Assembly: GCA_034430595.1 (NCBI GenBank) | Contig: DAOUEL010000019.1 | Span: 14,040 to 78,039 of the forward strand | Direction of reading: 5' to 3' | Length of the DNA: 64,000 nt | Origin: Anaerolineales bacterium | GTDB taxonomy: Bacteria; Chloroflexota; Anaerolineae; Anaerolineales; E44-bin32 | Part shown: piece by piece, positions 19,700 to 29,702 of the stretch | Layout of the letters: every line of letters begins with the position of its first letter | How positions within the stretch are numbered: position 1 is the first letter of the stretch | Notes under the pieces: generated by a model | The model's database searches: none | What the model saw: only the letters and a program-made list of their open reading frames with translations | What the model was told of the DNA's origin: nothing | Position numbers and translations under genes: made by a program

Positions 19700-20089
19700 A
19701 TGGCAGTCGAAGTCCTTCTCATCGATGACGATCCAGATCTGGCGATCATGCTGCGGACACTGCTGCGTGGCCAGGATTTCCAAATTCGCGCCGTGTTCAA
19801 CGGAAAAGATGGTATCGAAGCCTGTCGCCAACAGGAACCGGATGTCATTATCCTTGATCTGCTGATGCCCGGCATGGATGGTTGGGAAGTCTGCGAGCGC
19901 ATTCGTGAATTTTCCGAGGTGCCGATCCTGATTCTCTCTGCGCTTGGATCGCCAGGTAGCGTCGCCCGCGCGCTCGACGCCGGTGCCGATGACTACTTGA
20001 TCAAGCCGGTTCATGCAAGCTTGCTTGCTTCTCGTTTAAGAACCCTCGTCCGACGCCGTCTGAAGATTGAAGAAGTAGTAGCGGCGTAG
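19700..20089 (+). CDS. Stand-alone response-regulator receiver protein
   Basis: MAVEVLLIDDD..VIILDLLMPGMDG..DDYLIKP. The ATG at 19700 is preceded by AAGGGTGG. The ORF track starts at the GTG at 19691. Confidence 0.85.
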   Translation: MAVEVLLIDDDPDLAIMLRTLLRGQDFQIRAVFNGKDGIEACRQQEPDVIILDLLMPGMDGWEVCERIREFSEVPILILSALGSPGSVARALDAGADDYLIKPVHASLLASRLRTLVRRRLKIEEVVAA

Positions 20090-20141
20090 GCATAACAACT
20101 GTGTAGGATCGCTGGCTGGCAACCGCGTTTCTCTCTACCGG

Positions 20142-20165
20142 ATCACGCAGCATATGCTGCGTGAT
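20142..20165. terminator. Perfect 24-nt palindrome between convergent genes
   Basis: ATCACGCAGCAT/ATGCTGCGTGAT followed by TTGGTTT. Confidence 0.4.
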
Positions 20166-20187
20166 TTGGTTTAACGGCTCGTAGGCC

Positions 20188-20988
20188 TTAGAGCGGAGCC
20201 TGAGTTCCTCCTCCGTCGAACATCAGCGCATGGCCATGGATGAACGAAGCCGCTGGTGACGCCAACCAGGCAACCGTACGACCATATTCCTCCATGGTCC
20301 CCATACGCCCGAGAGGGAGTTCGGCGGTGATACGTTCCACCTCCTGCTCCACAGTCCGACCGGATTTCTCTGCCCTAGCTTGCATGATTTGTTCCACCCG
20401 CTCGGTGTCGATCCAGGCCGGGTTGATGGAATTCACACGAATGCCTTTTGGACCGACTTCATTGGCCAGCGATTTCACCAAGCCGATGACGGCCAGGCGG
20501 ATGGCATTTGAAAGAGTCAGATTGGCAATCGGTTGTTTAACCGAGTAGGACTGGTTGGCGACAATCGAACCCGAACCCTGTTCGATCATCGTCGGCAGGA
20601 CAGCATAACAAAGATGGACGGTGCTCATCAGTGTCAGATCGATCGCTCCTCGCCAGTCAGCTGGCGAAAGATCGAGAAAGGCACCTGCTGGCGGTCCACC
20701 AGCATTGATGATCAAGATATCAATGCCGCCCAAATCTTTTATTGCCGCATCAATGAAGGAATGAATCTGCTCCTGACTGGTGAGATCCGCCTGCTGGGCG
20801 AAGACGGACTTGCCGGTTTCCTGCCGGATGTGGTTGGCTGATTCCTCAATCTGCCTGCTGTGGGAGCAGATGGCCAGCCGGGCGCCTTCCTGGGCCAAGG
20901 CCAGTGCCGCCGCCCTGCCCAGTCCGCGTGATGCGGCCGTGACCACAGCACGTTTTCCTTCCAGACCAAGATTCATCCTGACTCCCAT
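20188..20988 (-). CDS. SDR-family oxidoreductase (FabG-like)
   Basis: TAASRGLGRA (TGxxxGxG variant), NAGG, and the S..YxxxK region (YSVKQPIAN is atypical). Length is about 262 aa. Confidence 0.8.
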   Translation of the reverse strand: MGVRMNLGLEGKRAVVTAASRGLGRAAALALAQEGARLAICSHSRQIEESANHIRQETGKSVFAQQADLTSQEQIHSFIDAAIKDLGGIDILIINAGGPPAGAFLDLSPADWRGAIDLTLMSTVHLCYAVLPTMIEQGSGSIVANQSYSVKQPIANLTLSNAIRLAVIGLVKSLANEVGPKGIRVNSINPAWIDTERVEQIMQARAEKSGRTVEQEVERITAELPLGRMGTMEEYGRTVAWLASPAASFIHGHALMFDGGGTQAPL

Positions 20989-21001
20989 TCCGCTCTGATG
21001 T

Positions 21002-21286
21002 TCAGAGCATTGTGATTTGATGATCGATGATTTGCAGATCGGGCCGATTGCGTTCGATCCAGGCGAGAATAGATTCCAGTACGCGTTGTACGTGCCGGCT
21101 GTCGTTGCTCACCACGACGCAGGCGATGCCCGCCGAACGATGCTGGTCGTTCGCACCGATTTCTGCGGCTGAGATGTTGAACTCGCGGTGCAGTCGGGCT
21201 AGCAATGGCTTCAGACGGCTGCGTTTTTCCTTCAAGGAGCTGCAGCCGGGTAGATGAAGATCGATTACGAGCGCTCCGATATGCAC
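21002..21286 (-). CDS. DUF503 (YlxP-like) protein
   Basis: LHLPGCSSLKEKRSRLKPL signature of DUF503. Length is 94 aa. Confidence 0.75.
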   Translation of the reverse strand: MHIGALVIDLHLPGCSSLKEKRSRLKPLLARLHREFNISAAEIGANDQHRSAGIACVVVSNDSRHVQRVLESILAWIERNRPDLQIIDHQITML

Positions 21287-21327
21287 ACTTCGAGTCTAAT
21301 TTAGGTGCTCGCGTGGCACAAGCAGCG

Positions 21328-22008
21328 ATGAAAGGTTATAATTCACTCATGCTTCGAAAGACGGTTCTCCTGATTGCCGCGGGCCTGGTGCTCGTGATAG
21401 CTCTCGCTGCTTACTTGCTGTTTGCGAGCGTGCAGCGTGCAACCAAGCCGATTGTCGACTTGCGTTCAGAACTTTCCACCCAGGTTTCACAGCTTCTCCA
21501 TCCCACCCCTACGATCTTGCCCGACCCGGTGACCATCGTCCACGAAGTCCGAGCACTGGCGCGCCTTGAAACCATGCAGTACACCGTTGAGAAGGTCATC
21601 ACCGCGGAGACAGGGCAGGGTCCTTTTGGCTTTCTATTCGGGGACAGGTTGCTGCTCGTTGCGCATGGCGTGGTGATTGCCGGCATCGATCTCGACCAGG
21701 TCGGGGCGGATGATGTCAAGGTGGATAGCGATGGGCAGGTCTCGATCAATCTTCCGCCGGCCGAGATATTCATCAGCACGCTCGACAATGAGAAGACCTA
21801 TGTCTACAATCGCGAGGTCGGCTTGCTGCGCAAGGGCGACGTCACACTTGAATCCGCCGCCCGGCTGGCCGCCGAGCAGCAGATGGAGCAGGCAGCGATC
21901 GAGGATGGGATTCTTGACCAGGCACGCCTCAATGCCGAGAGCTACCTTTACCGGCTGCTGCGGTCGCTTGGTTTCTCGGACGTCCAATTCAACCACAGTG
22001 AATCTTAA
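21328..22008 (+). CDS. DUF4230-family membrane-anchored protein
   Basis: N-terminal TM (VLLIAAGLVLVIALAAYLLF), then ETMQYTVEKVI..HGVVIAGIDL as in DUF4230. The start is uncertain (21328 or 21349). The 21205 start overlaps the DUF503 gene. Confidence 0.65.
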   Translation: MKGYNSLMLRKTVLLIAAGLVLVIALAAYLLFASVQRATKPIVDLRSELSTQVSQLLHPTPTILPDPVTIVHEVRALARLETMQYTVEKVITAETGQGPFGFLFGDRLLLVAHGVVIAGIDLDQVGADDVKVDSDGQVSINLPPAEIFISTLDNEKTYVYNREVGLLRKGDVTLESAARLAAEQQMEQAAIEDGILDQARLNAESYLYRLLRSLGFSDVQFNHSES

Positions 22009-22049
22009 TCGCTCTGCACCGCCCCGGGTTTTAGAGATATTCCAATAGG

Positions 22050-22904
22050 CTAGATCCGCTCCGTCCAAACCTGGCTGCGGTAGCGCTCAGCGGCAAGTAC
22101 ATCGGCGCGGTCCAGCTCGCGTTGAAGCAGAACTCCGCGTTCAAAATGCCACCCAAGTTCACCTTCAAAGCCGGCCTGTATAGCTCGCGCGGCATGATTC
22201 CACGGCACCGGTTCCCCAAGTAAGCTCTCCAGGGTCGCAGCTCTTTCGAGCAGGCGCTCCCGGGCTTTCTCACGCGAGGTCAGGTTCTCATGACGAAGGA
22301 CAAGACACACCCGGCTCAAATCGCCTGCCAGTGGAAGCGTGCCGTGCTGGAGGATGGCATCTCGGCGACGGACTTGAGCACTGCCAAGCAGCTTGAATCC
22401 GCGTACGGTGATCTCGTAGGCGCTGGGTACCTCGAAGCAGACCGGGTTCGCCCGGCTTTCAGCCGAAAGCGGTTCGCCATGTGCCGGGTCAACGACCAGC
22501 CCAAGCCCGGCCAGGGCGGCTGCCAATCCCCTGCGCAAGCGACGATAACTTTCAAGCACACCGCCCTGCAGCTCCGGATGATCGGCTGGGGCGACGATGG
22601 CATACGTCAGTTCGTCGGTGTGGAGAATCGCACGGCCGCCAGTAGGCCTGCGGACCAGATCCCAGCCATGCTCCACCAGGGCGGCATGATCGACATCGGC
22701 GACTGGTTGAGCGTACCCCAGCGAGAGACAAGAAGGGTGCCAGGCATAGAGCCGCAGGGTCGGGCGCACCAGGCCTGCCCCGACGCTCTCCATGATCGCT
22801 TCATCCAGGGCCATGTTTTCCGGGCCGGAGAGCGGTTCGGAGATGAGCAGACGCCAGCTGCAGGTGTCAGAAGACATGGCTAAAATTATAGCCGCTCTTG
22901 TCAC
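22050..22904 (-). CDS. Lipoate-protein ligase / octanoyltransferase family protein (BPL_LplA_LipB domain)
   Basis: ENMALDEA, RRPTGGRAILH and KLLGSAQ motifs typical of LplA/LipB-type ligases. Confidence 0.75.
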   Translation of the reverse strand: MTRAAIILAMSSDTCSWRLLISEPLSGPENMALDEAIMESVGAGLVRPTLRLYAWHPSCLSLGYAQPVADVDHAALVEHGWDLVRRPTGGRAILHTDELTYAIVAPADHPELQGGVLESYRRLRRGLAAALAGLGLVVDPAHGEPLSAESRANPVCFEVPSAYEITVRGFKLLGSAQVRRRDAILQHGTLPLAGDLSRVCLVLRHENLTSREKARERLLERAATLESLLGEPVPWNHAARAIQAGFEGELGWHFERGVLLQRELDRADVLAAERYRSQVWTERI

Positions 22905-23005
22905 AAGGCTGCTTATAGCCCGGGTGATCGTGGCAGGCTGCTATGGTAAACTCGGCGGATGAACGGAGCCGCACCTCTTCTTCGCCAGACCAACAAAGGC
23001 AGCGC

Positions 23006-24346
23006 ATGGCGGTCATGAGAAACAGTCAAGGACGATTCGCGGTGGGGTTTCACCGGGTTGTGCTGGTGCTCTTGAGAGCGCTGCTGTTCACATCCCTGCT
23101 CGCGGGCTGTGGAGGCAAAACAGCCTCGCCAACACCCCGGACAGCCCTGACCCCTACGCTAACCCGAATCCCAGCTCTCCTGCCGACCCGGCCGGCAACC
23201 TCGACGCCAGAGACCCAGGCTAAGGTCTCAATCTGGACATCGTGGGCGCCGGACGAGCTCGATGCCCTGCGCTCTGTCATCGCTCTGTTCCGGGAGCAGC
23301 ATCCGGAATTCGAGTTCTCGCTCTCTTACTACCCGCAGGACCGGCTGCTCGACGCATATCTGGCCTGCCTGACGAGCGGGGGTTGTCCGACGATCCTGGT
23401 CGGTCCATCAACATGGGGACCGCTGCTGGTTGAACGTGATGCGGTCATCGATGTTTCGGCTTTCATTGACCCACAGCTGCAAAACGATCTCTATCCGGTA
23501 GCGTGGGCGCAGGTTATCTCGGGTGAGGTGATGACCGGGCTTCCGCTCGAGCTGCAGGGCAATGTGCTCTATCGGAATTCGACCCTGGTGCCGGATCGTA
23601 GTACGCAGCTGGGTGGATTGATAGGGGATGCGATTGCCCTGCGGGAGGAGACGATGCAAGCCAGCGTCTTTGACCTGGGTTTTTACAATTCAGCGCCTTT
23701 CCTGGCCGCCTGTGAAGGTTCGTTATTCTCACCGGATGGTGAGCTAGCGGTCGCCGGGCCAACCGGGCTGTGCTGGTTGGAAATGCTCGGCACCTGGGAG
23801 AAAGCAGGCAGAGTCATCATCGGTGGTGACGAAGATCGGAGCGCATTTGTCGAGGGTAAAAGCGGCTGGTTGATCGATTCTTCCTTGCTCCTCGGTACGC
23901 TTACCCGCACACTCGGCGCAGATTCTTTGACGGTTGATCCCTGGCCGCTGCTGACCTCGACCGGCGAACCGCTGAAGGGCTATGTGTGGACCGAAAACGT
24001 TTACATCTCGTCCCGAATCGAGATGGGCGACCTGGAAGCCAGCTGGGCGTTTGCCCGCTTTTTGTTCGAGCCCGAGTCCCAGGCAATTCTGAGCGATCCA
24101 GAGGGAGCGGCTCATATCCCGGCCCAGGAGAGCGTCACGATTGAGAATTCGCGAATGCAGACCATCTCGGCCATGCTTAGGTCGGGGATTCCGCTTCCGA
24201 TCCGACCTGACCTGGCTGACTTTATCGGGCCGATCGAAACCCTGATTAACAGTGTCGTCCTGAAAGGCGCCGACCCGCAGCAAGGGCTGAATGTGTTATC
24301 AGCCCGGGTGGCGACGCCGACGCCGACCTCCACGCCCACACCATAA
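23006..24346 (+). CDS. ABC-transporter extracellular solute-binding lipoprotein (family 1-like)
   Basis: Lipobox LLAGCGG, and after a P/T linker a KVSIWTSW..DALRSVIALF SBP fold. The ATG at 23006 is preceded by AAAGG. Confidence 0.7.
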   Translation: MAVMRNSQGRFAVGFHRVVLVLLRALLFTSLLAGCGGKTASPTPRTALTPTLTRIPALLPTRPATSTPETQAKVSIWTSWAPDELDALRSVIALFREQHPEFEFSLSYYPQDRLLDAYLACLTSGGCPTILVGPSTWGPLLVERDAVIDVSAFIDPQLQNDLYPVAWAQVISGEVMTGLPLELQGNVLYRNSTLVPDRSTQLGGLIGDAIALREETMQASVFDLGFYNSAPFLAACEGSLFSPDGELAVAGPTGLCWLEMLGTWEKAGRVIIGGDEDRSAFVEGKSGWLIDSSLLLGTLTRTLGADSLTVDPWPLLTSTGEPLKGYVWTENVYISSRIEMGDLEASWAFARFLFEPESQAILSDPEGAAHIPAQESVTIENSRMQTISAMLRSGIPLPIRPDLADFIGPIETLINSVVLKGADPQQGLNVLSARVATPTPTSTPTP

Positions 24347-24401
24347 AGCCCGATTACATCAAGGGTCAGAGGGGATCCATGAAACCGGAGCCGATCGATC
24401 G

Positions 24402-25811
24402 ATGAGCATTCCAAATTGGTTGAAGGATGCGGTTTTCTACCAGATTTTCCCGGATCGTTTTGCGAACGGTAATCCGGCAAACGACCCACCGAACGCCCAG
24501 CTCTGGGGTTCAGCTCCCACGCTGTGGGGATTCCAGGGCGGCGACCTGGAAGGGATCAGGCAGCATTTGGACTATCTGATTGACCTGGGAATCAACGCCT
24601 TGTACCTGACGCCGATCTTCATGGCCAGTTCCAATCACCGCTATAACACCTATGATTATTTCCGCATTGACCCGAAACTGGGGGATCTGGATGTGTTCCG
24701 CCAGCTGCTCGATTCGCTTCATCAACAAGGCATGCATCTGATTTTGGACGGCGTCTTCAATCACTGCGGGCGGGGCTTTTTCGCCTTCAATGACCTGATC
24801 GAAAATCAGGAGCATTCTCCGTACCGAGACTGGTTCCATGTTAAACAATTCCCGCTTCGGCCGTATGACGGAGGTGATGCACATAACTACGTCGGGTGGT
24901 GGCGAATGAAGAGCCTGCCCAAGTTCAACACCAAAAACCCGCAAGTGAGGGAATATCTTCTCAACGTTGCCAAGTATTGGACCGAGCTCGGGATTGATGG
25001 CTGGCGGCTGGATGTACCGAACGAAATCAATGATGATTCGTTCTGGGCCGCTTTCAGGGAGACGGTACGCAGTATCAACCCACAGGCGTACCTGCTGGGG
25101 GAGATTTGGGAGGTGGCTCCGCGCTGGATCGGGCCTGACCACTTCGACGGCTTGATGAACTACCCACTGCGCGAAGCACTGATTGCATTCATCGGGGAGG
25201 GAATCCTATCGGCAACGGCCTTCTCCCAGCGGCTCGATCAGCTTCTAAATGCCTACCCGCGTGAGAATATTTATGCCCAGTACCTACTGCTCGGCTCCCA
25301 TGACATCCCGCGCATTCGAACACTTCTCAAGGGCGACGATCGAAAATTGAGATTGCTCCAACTGCTTCAGTTCACGTTCCCCGGAATCCCGGCGATCTAT
25401 TACGGAGATGAGATTGGGTTGGAAGGTGGCAAGGACCCGGACTGCCGGCGGGCGTTCCCCTGGGCGGAGGGTTCCTGGGACAAAGAGAATCGCCGTTGCC
25501 TTTCACGGTTGATCAAACTTCGGAAGACGATCCCCGAACTTCGGGATGGGTGGCTGGATTTAATCCATGCCGATGATGAAACGGGCACGCTCGGAATGCT
25601 GCGAGGAAAAGGTGAGCAGGCTGTACTGATGGTGCTTAACGCCTCAGATACGAAATGTGACCTCCGCTTCCCGGTTGAGAAAACGGGTTGGAGTTCAACC
25701 TGCCTGGCGAAGAACTTGCTGGATGATCAAATCTTCAGGATCGAGGAGGGGCATCTGACGTTGCCTCTCGCTCCCTGGAGTGGGGTCTTGCTCCAGCCGC
25801 TGCCGGCCTAA
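24402..25811 (+). CDS. GH13 alpha-amylase-family glycoside hydrolase (neopullulanase/cyclomaltodextrinase-like)
   Basis: VFYQIFPDRF, DGVFNH, GWRLDV, GEIW and LGSHD conserved GH13 regions. The start is trimmed to MSIPNWLK. Confidence 0.85.
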   Translation: MSIPNWLKDAVFYQIFPDRFANGNPANDPPNAQLWGSAPTLWGFQGGDLEGIRQHLDYLIDLGINALYLTPIFMASSNHRYNTYDYFRIDPKLGDLDVFRQLLDSLHQQGMHLILDGVFNHCGRGFFAFNDLIENQEHSPYRDWFHVKQFPLRPYDGGDAHNYVGWWRMKSLPKFNTKNPQVREYLLNVAKYWTELGIDGWRLDVPNEINDDSFWAAFRETVRSINPQAYLLGEIWEVAPRWIGPDHFDGLMNYPLREALIAFIGEGILSATAFSQRLDQLLNAYPRENIYAQYLLLGSHDIPRIRTLLKGDDRKLRLLQLLQFTFPGIPAIYYGDEIGLEGGKDPDCRRAFPWAEGSWDKENRRCLSRLIKLRKTIPELRDGWLDLIHADDETGTLGMLRGKGEQAVLMVLNASDTKCDLRFPVEKTGWSSTCLAKNLLDDQIFRIEEGHLTLPLAPWSGVLLQPLPA

Positions 25812-26347
25812 CTGCATTCTTGCTCAGCTTCCTCATTGAGCAATTTTTCGAAGACGATCTGGGTTTTAATCACCTGGTAAGAACGCAGGTGGTAAAAGCG
25901 ATGCGCTCTTTTGCGGGTGACATTCGATCGCACCCGCAACCGCGCATACCCGGTTTGCAGCGCCCAGGTTTCCGCCGCTTCCAATAACAACTCGCCAATG
26001 CCCATCGAACGGAATTCATGATCAACGACCAACCCCCCGATTTCTGCTGCACGCTCGGCAATCAGGAGCGGGCGGACAAAAACATGGATCCAGCCTACGA
26101 CTCCCGCGTCAGGGGATTCTGCGACCAGGATCGCATGATCGCGACGATCTCGTAGCTGGTTCAGGCGGTCTGCCATGCTTTCAATCTTGCATGGGTAGCC
26201 CAGCTGATCTGCCAGACTGGCGAGGCGGGGGACGTCATTGAAATCGGCGGAGCGGATAGTCACGGTTGAAGCGTTCAACGCGTACCTCCCCGAGAGATGA
26301 AACTGGGGTGGATTGTATCGTGATGTCCGAGGATAGTACATTCTCAA
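25808..26347 (-). CDS. GNAT-family N-acetyltransferase
   Basis: VVDHEFRSMGIGELLL acetyl-CoA motif. The N-terminal extent is uncertain. Confidence 0.7.
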   Translation of the reverse strand: MRMYYPRTSRYNPPQFHLSGRYALNASTVTIRSADFNDVPRLASLADQLGYPCKIESMADRLNQLRDRRDHAILVAESPDAGVVGWIHVFVRPLLIAERAAEIGGLVVDHEFRSMGIGELLLEAAETWALQTGYARLRVRSNVTRKRAHRFYHLRSYQVIKTQIVFEKLLNEEAEQECS

Positions 26348-26496
26348 AGTGGAGAAGTGACTTTACATAACTGACTAATTTCAAGCAGGGTCTTGCAATG
26401 CAAGTGCAACCCACGCCTGGCGTTGTATAATCCGACCGTCTGGAAAGCAGGACGTCGCAACGGAGCATGAACCAGACTTAGGGGAGCAGGAAACGG

Positions 26497-29118
26497 ATGC
26501 ACATCGTATGCACCCATGAGCAGGCGGATTTTGATGCCATCGCAAGCCAGCTCGGGGTATATCTACTCGATCGGGAGGTCACTCCGGTCCTTCCCCGGCG
26601 ATTGAATCGCAACGTTCGGGCGTATGTCAGCTTATATGCTGAGGTGCTTCCATTTATCGAATTTCCCGATCTCCCCGCAGGGAAAATAGAGAAGGTGACA
26701 CTCGTCGACACGCAGTCAGCGCCGTCGGTGAAGGGCATGACCCCTGAAACCGGGATGCATATCATCGATCATCATCCTATCGACCAAACCAGGGAAGGCG
26801 TCATTCTGCATATCGAACCGGTGGGGGCGACCGCCACAATGCTGGTCGAGCAGATCCAGGCATTGGGCTCTGACCTTCACCCGGCCCATTCGACGCTGCT
26901 GCTCCTGGGGATCTATGAAGACACGGGATCACTGACCTATGCCAGCACCACTGCGCGCGATGTGCGCGCGGCCGCATGGCTGCTTGAATCCGGCGCCAAC
27001 CTCGGCATGGCGGCCGATTTTCTCAACCATCCCTTATCCAATGGCCAACGCGAGCTGTACAACCAGCTGCTCACCTCGGTCGAAACCATCGATATTCACG
27101 GGCTGTCAATCCTGATCGCCCACGGCCAGGCCGGGGATCTGGTCGAGGAAATCTCGACCCTGGCACATAAGCTGCGTGATGTCTTTGACCCGGACGGCCT
27201 GTTCGTAATCGTTGCTCTTGGCGGCAGTATCCAGCTGGTGGCGCGTTCAACCAATGATGCAATCAACGCCGGTGCGGTTGCCGAGGCGCTTGGCGGCGGA
27301 GGTCACGCTCGCGCGGCAGCAGCGCTCATTCGCGAGATGAGCATCGATCAGGTGCGGGCGCGAGTGATCGAGCTTTTGCATGAGCTGGTCGTCCCCCCGG
27401 TAACGGTTGGCGAGATCATGTCACGCGACCCGCAGCTCCTCGAACCCGGAATGCCGGTTCGTCAAGCCGCGCAGCAGATGTTGCGCTTTGGCCATGAAGG
27501 TTATCCGGTGATCAAGGCCGGTCGTGTAGTGGGACTTCTAACGCGCAGGGCGGTTGATCGTGCAATGTCGCATGGCATGGCAGAAGATGCCATCGAACGC
27601 ATTATGGACGCTGGCCATGTTTTCGTACGAGCAGGCGATTCGGTTCATCAGCTCCAACGCGAAATGATCACGCATGGCTGGGGGCAGGTTCCCGTGGTGG
27701 ACGATGAGACTGGCGATATCATCGGCATCGTTACCCGCACCGACCTGATCAACACGCTGGGAATGGCGGAACAGGAGCTGGTTGGCGCCAGCCTGGCGGA
27801 GCACCTTGAACAAGCGCTTCCCCAGCCCCGGCTGCGGTTGCTCCAGCTTGTTATCCAGCAGGCTGAGGAACGCGGCGATGCGCTCTATGTTGTCGGAGGT
27901 TTTGTACGCGATTTAATCCTCGAGCAGCCTAGCGTCGATTTTGATCTTGTCGTGGAGGGGGATGCGATAGGCCTGGCCCATGCCCTGGCAGGGAACTATG
28001 GTGGGAGGACGATCACTCACCGCAAATTCAGCACGGCGAAGTGGGAGCTGGATGCCCGTGAGCCGCGCTTACGTAATGCGCTGGACCTGACGCAGGGTGA
28101 TGACCTTATCCTGCCCCATACCCTGGACTTTGTAACAGCACGAACCGAGTTTTACACCCATCCGACGGCGTTGCCCTCTGTCCAGAGAGGCAGTATCAAG
28201 CTCGATCTCCACCGGCGCGATTTTACGATCAACACTCTCGCACTGCGGCTGGATGGAAAGCACTATGGAGAACTGCTCGATCCGTGGGGTGGTGGGCGGG
28301 ACCTGCGCGACGGCCAGATACGCGTGCTGCATTCCCTCAGTTTTGTGGATGACCCTACTCGCATGCTGCGGGCAGTTCGCCTGGAGCAGCGCCTGGGATT
28401 CCAAATCGAAGAGCGCACGTTGGAGCTTCTGCACGAAGCCCTACCGCTCCTGGAACAGGTCAGTGGAGAGCGAATTCGCGCTGAACTCGACCCGATTTTC
28501 CATGAGCCGGAGCGGGTTCGGATTATGGACCGGCTCAACAAGCTTGAACTGCTCAAGGCGATCCACCCGGCGCTGACCTGGGACGACTGGCTGGCGGAGA
28601 GGTTTGAAGCGGCCGTGTTTGGAGATGGGTTCCCGGCCGGAATTCATCGCCCGGAAGGCGATTTTATCTTCTTTGCTGAGTGGTTTTTCCGGCTGCGGCA
28701 GGAGCAAATCTCATCCCTTGCCGATCGCTTGCGTTTCGGGGCAGGCGATCGTGAGGATTTGTTGGAGACGATGCGAATCGGTTCCGACCTGCTGGGATTG
28801 GAAGGCGAACCATCACCCAGCTGGCTTGTTGCCAGGTTGGATGAGTCCAACGACCGGTCGCTGATTGGAGCATGGCTGGGGCTCGTGGATTGCCCGCGCT
28901 GTCGTAAATGGATTGAGTCCTACCTGATCCGCTGGCGTGATATCTGGCCGGAAACGACCGGTGAGACGTTGCGTGAACTGGGACTTCCGCCTGGTCCCCA
29001 TTACAAGCAGATCCTTTGGTCACTACGTGCCGGTTGGCTGGACGGTAAAATCACCAACAAATCCGAAGAGCGGCGCATGCTGCAGTCGATGATCGAGGAG
29101 CACCTGGCACATGGTTGA
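26497..29118 (+). CDS. DHH/DHHA1 phosphoesterase + CBS pair + class-II nucleotidyltransferase (CCA-adding/poly(A) polymerase-type) fusion protein
   Basis: HEQADFDAIAS and IIDHHP (DHH), GGGGHARAAAA (DHHA1), two CBS units, then GGFVRDLIL..VDFDLVVEG (GGxxRD..DxD head domain) and an RNA-binding tail. Confidence 0.85.
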   Translation: MHIVCTHEQADFDAIASQLGVYLLDREVTPVLPRRLNRNVRAYVSLYAEVLPFIEFPDLPAGKIEKVTLVDTQSAPSVKGMTPETGMHIIDHHPIDQTREGVILHIEPVGATATMLVEQIQALGSDLHPAHSTLLLLGIYEDTGSLTYASTTARDVRAAAWLLESGANLGMAADFLNHPLSNGQRELYNQLLTSVETIDIHGLSILIAHGQAGDLVEEISTLAHKLRDVFDPDGLFVIVALGGSIQLVARSTNDAINAGAVAEALGGGGHARAAAALIREMSIDQVRARVIELLHELVVPPVTVGEIMSRDPQLLEPGMPVRQAAQQMLRFGHEGYPVIKAGRVVGLLTRRAVDRAMSHGMAEDAIERIMDAGHVFVRAGDSVHQLQREMITHGWGQVPVVDDETGDIIGIVTRTDLINTLGMAEQELVGASLAEHLEQALPQPRLRLLQLVIQQAEERGDALYVVGGFVRDLILEQPSVDFDLVVEGDAIGLAHALAGNYGGRTITHRKFSTAKWELDAREPRLRNALDLTQGDDLILPHTLDFVTARTEFYTHPTALPSVQRGSIKLDLHRRDFTINTLALRLDGKHYGELLDPWGGGRDLRDGQIRVLHSLSFVDDPTRMLRAVRLEQRLGFQIEERTLELLHEALPLLEQVSGERIRAELDPIFHEPERVRIMDRLNKLELLKAIHPALTWDDWLAERFEAAVFGDGFPAGIHRPEGDFIFFAEWFFRLRQEQISSLADRLRFGAGDREDLLETMRIGSDLLGLEGEPSPSWLVARLDESNDRSLIGAWLGLVDCPRCRKWIESYLIRWRDIWPETTGETLRELGLPPGPHYKQILWSLRAGWLDGKITNKSEERRMLQSMIEEHLAHG

Positions 29119-29614
29119 AGCCATCCGCTACCGCATTCGCGAAGCGCAGGCATCAGATTTGAAGGCGCTCGAATGGGAAGGCGAATACAAACACTTCCGG
29201 CGCGTCTACCAGCAGGCGATGCGTGAAGCCGAGCGTGGAAACCGGCTGCTCCTTGTGGCCGAAGTCAATGAAGAGTTGATCGGGCAGATTTTTATCGCAT
29301 TCGAGAACGTCTGGAAAAACCGTTTTCGGGGGGGGGCAGCTGCTTATCTGCATTCATTTCGAGTAAAGCAAACCTTCCGCAATCAGGGCATCGGACGGAG
29401 CTTGTTGAAACGAGCCGAGGTAGAGCTGATCGCTCACGGCTACAACCGGGCTGTGATCTCGGTTGCGAAAGAAAACGATGGCGCCCTGCGTCTCTATGAA
29501 AGCGAGGGCTTCCGCATCTTCGGCGAAGACCAGGGCAACTGGAGCTACTTCGACCATGAAGGTGTGCTGCAGCACATCCACGAGCCGGCGTACGTGCTGG
29601 AGAAGCAGCTGTAG
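29111..29614 (+). CDS. GNAT-family N-acetyltransferase
   Basis: FRVKQTFRNQGIGRSLL motif and LYESEGF. The gene overlaps the upstream stop by 8 nt. Confidence 0.8.
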   Translation: MVEAIRYRIREAQASDLKALEWEGEYKHFRRVYQQAMREAERGNRLLLVAEVNEELIGQIFIAFENVWKNRFRGGAAAYLHSFRVKQTFRNQGIGRSLLKRAEVELIAHGYNRAVISVAKENDGALRLYESEGFRIFGEDQGNWSYFDHEGVLQHIHEPAYVLEKQL

Positions 29615-29702
29615 TTGCCTCAAGCTGGCATGGATCTTGCCCCCTGGCCGTTAAGATGAATATTGGGATCAACGCCAGAAGGGAAGATTCACTGAAATTC
29701 CT

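Noticed and set aside
19547-20014. A 155-aa minus-strand ORF overlapping the stand-alone receiver gene.
   Set aside because: The plus-strand frame encodes a textbook REC domain (DDD..D..T..K). The minus-frame product has no recognisable features.
26385-26400. The palindrome CTTGCA-a-TGCAAG between the divergent GNAT and DHH-CBS-CCA genes, considered as a possible operator.
   Set aside because: It is only 13 nt, there is no second copy or nearby regulator, and I cannot distinguish it from chance. It is noted here but not called as a feature.
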